NCBI RefSeq assembly: GCF_018977255.1
Contig: NW_024705357.1
Location: forward strand, 1 to 51,900
Length of the DNA: 51,900 bases
Reading direction: 5' to 3'
Source: Callorhinchus milii
Lineage: Eukaryota
Below are positions 47,227-51,900 of this stretch, piece after piece. Under the pieces are notes generated by a model. That model was not told the origin of the DNA. It made no database searches and worked only from the letters and a program-made list of their open reading frames with translations. Both the position numbers and the translations under genes were made by a program. How positions within the stretch are numbered: position 1 is the stretch's first letter; each line of letters begins with the position of its first letter.

Positions 47227-47627
47227 CCGCAGTGACAGTCAGGCGGGTACCATCTCCGTCCCTATACGTTACACCCAGTGACCGGTTGAACCAAGACCGG
47301 CAGCAGTACTTGGCGCTGCCTTCTATTCTCAGGGAGAGGATTTCCAAGGTGAACGCTCCGAGCGAGGCGTAGGTGGATTCCGCGAAGCGTCCCGGAATGG
47401 AGAGTAACTCGGCTCTTTGCCCGGATACTGTCGGAACCAAGATGTGGTGTCCAGGTGGCGGCTCAGACAGCAGCTGATCATGGCGGACTGACACACCTCC
47501 CTTACCAGGCTGTCTGGGGTCCGTGTGACCCTCCGACAGAGCAGACCTACACCAACATGAGCAGCACAGTCATGTCTCACCCTGGAGTCACCCAACTACC
47601 AGAATAGCCCACTTCCCCAGCTCTCAT
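47227..47627 (-). pseudogene. NAR-TCR/IgNAR-type V joined in frame to a J, with leader exon 47627-47581, 34-nt intron and V-J exon 47546-47227
   Basis: GLLCRRVTRTPDSLVREVCQSAMISCCLSRHLDTTSWFRQYPGKEP [1-nt deletion ~47411] ELLSIPGRFAESTYASLGAFTLEILSLRIEGSAKYCCRSWFNRSLGVTYRDGDGTRLTVTA+G|gtaagt. The short WFRQ-to-GRF distance (no CDR2) and the GDGT J motif are NAR hallmarks. The leader has a 1-nt insertion and a TGA. Confidence 0.82.
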
Positions 47628-47659
47628 AGCTTACTCTATACATGTGTCAAATAGAAACG

Positions 47660-49130
47660 ATCATAGGAAATTACTGCCTGTAATGATTATTTTTATTATT
47701 TTAAATTTGAATGGATAGGTGTAAAATAATAATAATAATAAATTATTGGCTTTAATTAGTATTTTTATTAATTTAAAATTAAACTTGTAGAAGTATAAAA
47801 TAATAATAATAATAAATCACTGATTGTAACTTTATTTTATTCTTTTAAAATTGAACGTTTAACAGCATTAAACAGTGATAATAATATGTTACTGGCTGCA
47901 TTTATTTTTTACCAAATAAAATTAAATTGTCGACGTAATAATCAGTAATAACAATAACAAATAACTGCGTAGTTGACACTTTTATTGTTTTAAAATTAAG
48001 CATATAGATGTACTAAATAATAATAAATGACTGGCTGTAATTATTATGTGTATTATATTGAATTTAAACTTTTAGATGTATCAAGTGATAGGAATAATTA
48101 ATTACTGGCCGAAATTATTCTTTCTTCTATTTTAACATTAAACGTGTTTGTGTATCAAACACAAGAAAGAATATTAATGAATTACTGGATGTAATTATTC
48201 TTTTTTTTATTTTAAAGTTAAGCTTGCAGATGTGTTGAACGGCAATAATAATAATAGTGAATTACTTGCTGTAATTATTAATCGTTTAATTTGAAATTTA
48301 AACTTATAGATGTTTTCAACAGTAATACATGTTAATAGTTGAACTCGGTATTATTATTATGAATCAAAAATATAAATCTATGAAACAGCAATCATTATGT
48401 TGATTAGAAGCAGTTCCTCTAATATTATTTAAAATTTAAAAGTGTAAATGTATGAAAGAGTAAACATAATAGTAAGAACAACATTATTGCATTATTATCT
48501 TTTTATTTGTACTATTTCAAAGCGAATCGGTTGATGTAATAAGCCGTAATAATAATTATAATTGGAACTAATTATTTCAAAATAAACGATAGGTGTATTA
48601 AACACACTAATTATTATACATTTTTTAGAAGCAATTACTCCTCTTATAATATTTTAAAATTAAACTTGTAGATACACAAAAGAGTAGTAATAATAATATT
48701 AATGAGCTACTGGCTGTAATTTCTTGGCCTAATTATTATTATTTAAAATATAATATATGGATGTGTCAATGAGTAATCATTATATATAATAACAGTAATT
48801 CTTCTTATAATATTAAAATTTTAACTTGTACATGTCTTAAACAGTATTAATAATAACGGAGAATTAGTAGCAGTAACTCGTCTTTAGATATTATTTTAAA
48901 AGTTAATTTTAACAATGTACTATCAGTAATAAATGTTATTAATAGAACTAACTATTATTTCAAAATGAAATGTAAACATGCATCAAACAGTAATCATTAT
49001 ATGTAAAGCAGTAATTCCTCTTCTTACGTTATTGTAAACTTAAATTTGTAGATAAACCAAACAGTAATCAGAATAAACACAAAAATAATAATAATATTAA
49101 TAGTAACAATAATAACAACTAGCAATTAAC
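47660..49130. repeat. Degenerate AT-rich minisatellite with a unit of ~70-80 bp
   Basis: Recurrent ttactggctgtaattatt...ttaaaattaaacttgtagatgt...aataataat, with unit starts near 47670, 47742, 47817, 47888, 47961, 48027, 48101, 48181 and 48261. Confidence 0.8.
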
Positions 49131-50034
49131 GTAGGAACCCGGTTGATAGTCGATTGATGTATTTATGCTGAAATATAAAATCAACACACTTTACAGTGTA
49201 ACCTGTAAAGCGCTTTCAGGCGCTTAAAAACGTGTTAAGGATCTGCATCAAATGCTACGCTAAGGAGGGAATCAGTAGATGTTGTTACTTACATCGAGAG
49301 AGCGACGTCCATGTCAACCATCAAAGCCATTTCGTGGAGTCTGCGGAGAAGTCCGACGAACACTCGAGTAACTCTCACTGCGAACTGTCTGTCTCCTCAC
49401 AGCTCAATGCGTCTCAACCGCGGTCCGTGTTTGAGAAGCTTTGTAACGTTGGCCACATGCGGTGATGAACAGAGTGAGACCCAATGGGATTTATTGCCTG
49501 ATTCTCATGTTGCCGGGAAGCCACGAATGTTCGGTGAGTATGAAGCCGTTTGACCGTCGATGGGAGGATTCCTCTCCATTGGTAATAGCAGCTCTGGAAT
49601 TGGTCACTCGATCCACGACTCTTTGTGTGACACTACAGTGTGCTCACGGCTGTCGCGTTTTTTTTCCCCCAAAGCACACAGTCACTACGCTTTAAAGTAC
49701 ATTCTGTAAATTAACAGAGTAAATTAAGGGAAATTGTTTGCACTGACAGGCGGGTTGGTAGGTGGAGGCCACATATTTAAGATAATTCGCAAAAGAATCA
49801 GGAGAAGGAGGAGAAATGGATTAATGCAACGATTTTTTCTTCACGATATGGAACGCATTGCCCGTCTACAGACATCCCAACCAGCAGCACCATCTTATTT
49901 GCTGAAACGTTTCAATCCCTTTACAATGTATAACATCTAACGTGACAGCTCTTGAGTGTCTCTTCGCTCACGAAAACAGTTTTTATCTGTTAACGTATGG
50001 CTTATAGTACACAGATAGTTCGGGACACATGTGC

Positions 50035-50330
50035 TTAATAATAATAATAATAATAATCCTTGCATTTGATATAGCGCTTTTCACGTCGGGAGGACGTCCC
50101 AAAGCGCTTCACAGAACACACTGTATAGTGAATTGACTGTATATTTGTGGGCGAACGCGGCAGCCAATTGCGCATAGCAATGTCCCACAAACAGTCGTAG
50201 ATTGAAAATGACCAATTTATTATTGTTTTGTTTTTTGAAGGGATTATTATTAGGCCTGTGGAGTAAGGAAACTTGCCCAAGGTTTGGTGCTGTCTGGAAT
50301 TGAACTCAGGTCTCTCGCTTGCGACCGATG
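50035..50330 (-). mobile_element. SINE
   Basis: Reverse complement of the family tail, core and partial head. Confidence 0.9.
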
Positions 50331-50485
50331 GGGAGCTGTTAGATGAACTGGATGGACTTTGGCCTTTTTTAATCTTGCATTTCTTCTGCTCTGAGGTAGC
50401 TGATGAGGCAGCCTTTCCTCTGTTATCAACAGGAACCTTTGCACCACCAAACCTTCACTGGAATGCAGTAGCTACTGAAGACTGG

Positions 50486-51727
50486 AGTTCTTGTAGAGTG
50501 GTGTGCATCATTTATGTCACTGTGTGAGCCGCAATGCACAGTGATACCTGCAGAGTCAGCGACCTGCAACTGACTCACCATTAATCGTACGGTTGTGTTT
50601 GATTTCAGCAACGCCACAGAGAAACGGGATTTGGCCCAATCCGCTTTGGCTTCATTCCCTCCTGAATATTTCCAAACGATAAATTCTGGAATCCGTCGCC
50701 ATATTGTCGGTACCAGTAGATGATGTACGATGTGTTGTGAGTAGAGTAGGTGCACTCGATTGTTACTGTGTCGCCTTCTCTCTTAGATATTGATGAAACT
50801 TTCATGGCAACAGAGTCTTGGTGACTGGCGTCTGGGTGCAATTCATAAAGAAACATATCAATCATCCTTCCCAGATTTTACGCTAACCCTCAGACTTGCT
50901 TCTCCTTATAATAATCCTTGCATCTGATATAGCGCCTCATCGCCCCTTTGAGACGCCTGAAAGCGCTCCGCAGATTATACCTTATTATAATTCACTGTAG
51001 TAAAGTGAATTGACTGTGTGTTTTGCGTGCAAAACTCGGCACCAATTTGCACACAGGCGTTTTCTGCAAACTGTCGTAGCTTGAGTGATCAAATTATAAT
51101 TATTATTAATTTTGAATGGACTATCTCAAAGAGAGATCCAACAATCAACTAACAACTTGCTACGTAGACTGCTATGTAGACAGAGCCGTGTTTATAGAGT
51201 AAGCAAACCTGTCAACATTTCGCAGTCCCGGGAAACAAACACAGGTCCTCTCATTTAGGATTCGGTTACTCTAACCACCAAGCATTATGTTCTCTCAACA
51301 TTTCTCAATCAGCATATTTTATTCCTTTTTGAATATCTATCGACGTGAGCTCAACAATCTATTGTAACCTCGCCTTTCAAATCGATCAATTATTTTTTCT
51401 CCCCACTTCCCTGAGATTTTTGTTTATTATTTTGAACTTATACTTACTAATTTTCTTAATATTGATACTAATCTATTTACAATTTCATAGTCAATTCACA
51501 ATTGACTTCGAGTGATTCAAATGACACAAACTCGTTTAGGAACGTTACTGCGAAGACGGTAAACTTCCTCAAAACTCGCCATCATCCTAACTGTGTTTCC
51601 CTGTATTTAATAATCAGCATTTGCACTGTGTTTCTCTATTTCTAATAATCAGCATCTGAACTGTATTTGCCATCGACTTACCGGTAAACAATGTCGCAAG
51701 CGAAAGGCACAAACTCAGAACATACAT
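50486..51727 (-). pseudogene. V10: TCR alpha/delta-type V with two 1-nt frameshifts; leader 51727-51682, V exon 50831-50525, RSS-23
   Basis: Leader MYVLSLCLSLATLFT+G|gtaagt. V reads DSVAMK..EGDTVTIECTYS..YWYRQY [fs] RRIPEFIVWKYSGG..RFSV..VADSA [fs] YHCALRL. RSS CACAGTG (50524-50518) + 23 nt + ACAAGAACT (50494-50486). CCAAT at 51744-51740. Confidence 0.88.
50910..51290 (-). mobile_element. Degenerate SINE in the V10 intron
   Basis: Tail (ataatccttgcatctgatatagcgc), core and head recognisable on the minus strand. Confidence 0.7.
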
Positions 51728-51900
51728 GGCTGTTGTTTCATTGGTGTAAACAGGGTATGTTTTAATAGACTAATGATCACTCTGTGTTTATATATCCACT
51801 CGGGGGACAGTAGCGGCCCCTTATGGAAGTAAACTGCACCTATTTAACCTCATCATTATGTTATTCTCTTCATCTACTATTTCAGTGTGGAAGCAAGGGA

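Noticed and set aside
46598-47494. 298-aa His/Thr-rich ORF
   Set aside because: Its C-terminal two-thirds is read-through of the J donor into the (CA)n microsatellite. Only the V-J part is meaningful.
47660-49130. CRISPR-like array
   Set aside because: Eukaryotic locus; the units are degenerate AT-rich minisatellite copies with no identical repeats or unique spacers.
50537-50543. Perfect heptamer inside V10 FR3
   Set aside because: It is the usual by-product of Y(Y/H)C-A codons, with no nonamer.
27553-51727. IgH-type V (VH delta/TAILV), free D, free J or constant exons
   Set aside because: No VH-like framework (e.g. WVRQ..GLEW), doubly RSS-flanked D, RSS-preceded J or C1-set exon was found by eye.

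Overview
Vertebrate genomic DNA, most likely a cartilaginous fish. This rests on NAR-TCR-type segments, two-exon GPR139-like receptors and dense L2/CR1 LINEs plus tRNA-headed SINEs; the species cannot be fixed from the sequence. Left part (1-14.5 kb): two two-exon class A GPCR genes (GPR139/142-like) form an inverted duplication. The arms are 1-3590 and 10795-14396, and the ~7.2 kb spacer holds a decayed L2 and an N gap. The minus copy is intact (345 aa) and the plus copy is frameshifted. The copies are near-identical over TM2-TM5 but differ at 12 of 22 codons in TM6-ECL3-TM7, and every changed codon alters the amino acid. Middle (14.5-27.5 kb): LINE/SINE debris. Right part (27.5-51.8 kb): a minus-strand T-cell receptor alpha/delta-type V array with 12 V-like units, 10 of them carrying a 23-bp-spacer RSS; only 2 look intact. 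Inside it is a NAR-TCR-like cassette. A NAR-type V (no CDR2, extra FR1 Cys) is already fused in frame to a GDGT-type J with no intact RSS between them, and 4.1 kb downstream lies a leaderless V delta with a CDR1 Cys. This looks like a germline-joined NAR-TCR, now pseudogenised. No free D, J or C segments were found. All alignments were done by eye, and repeat boundaries are approximate.
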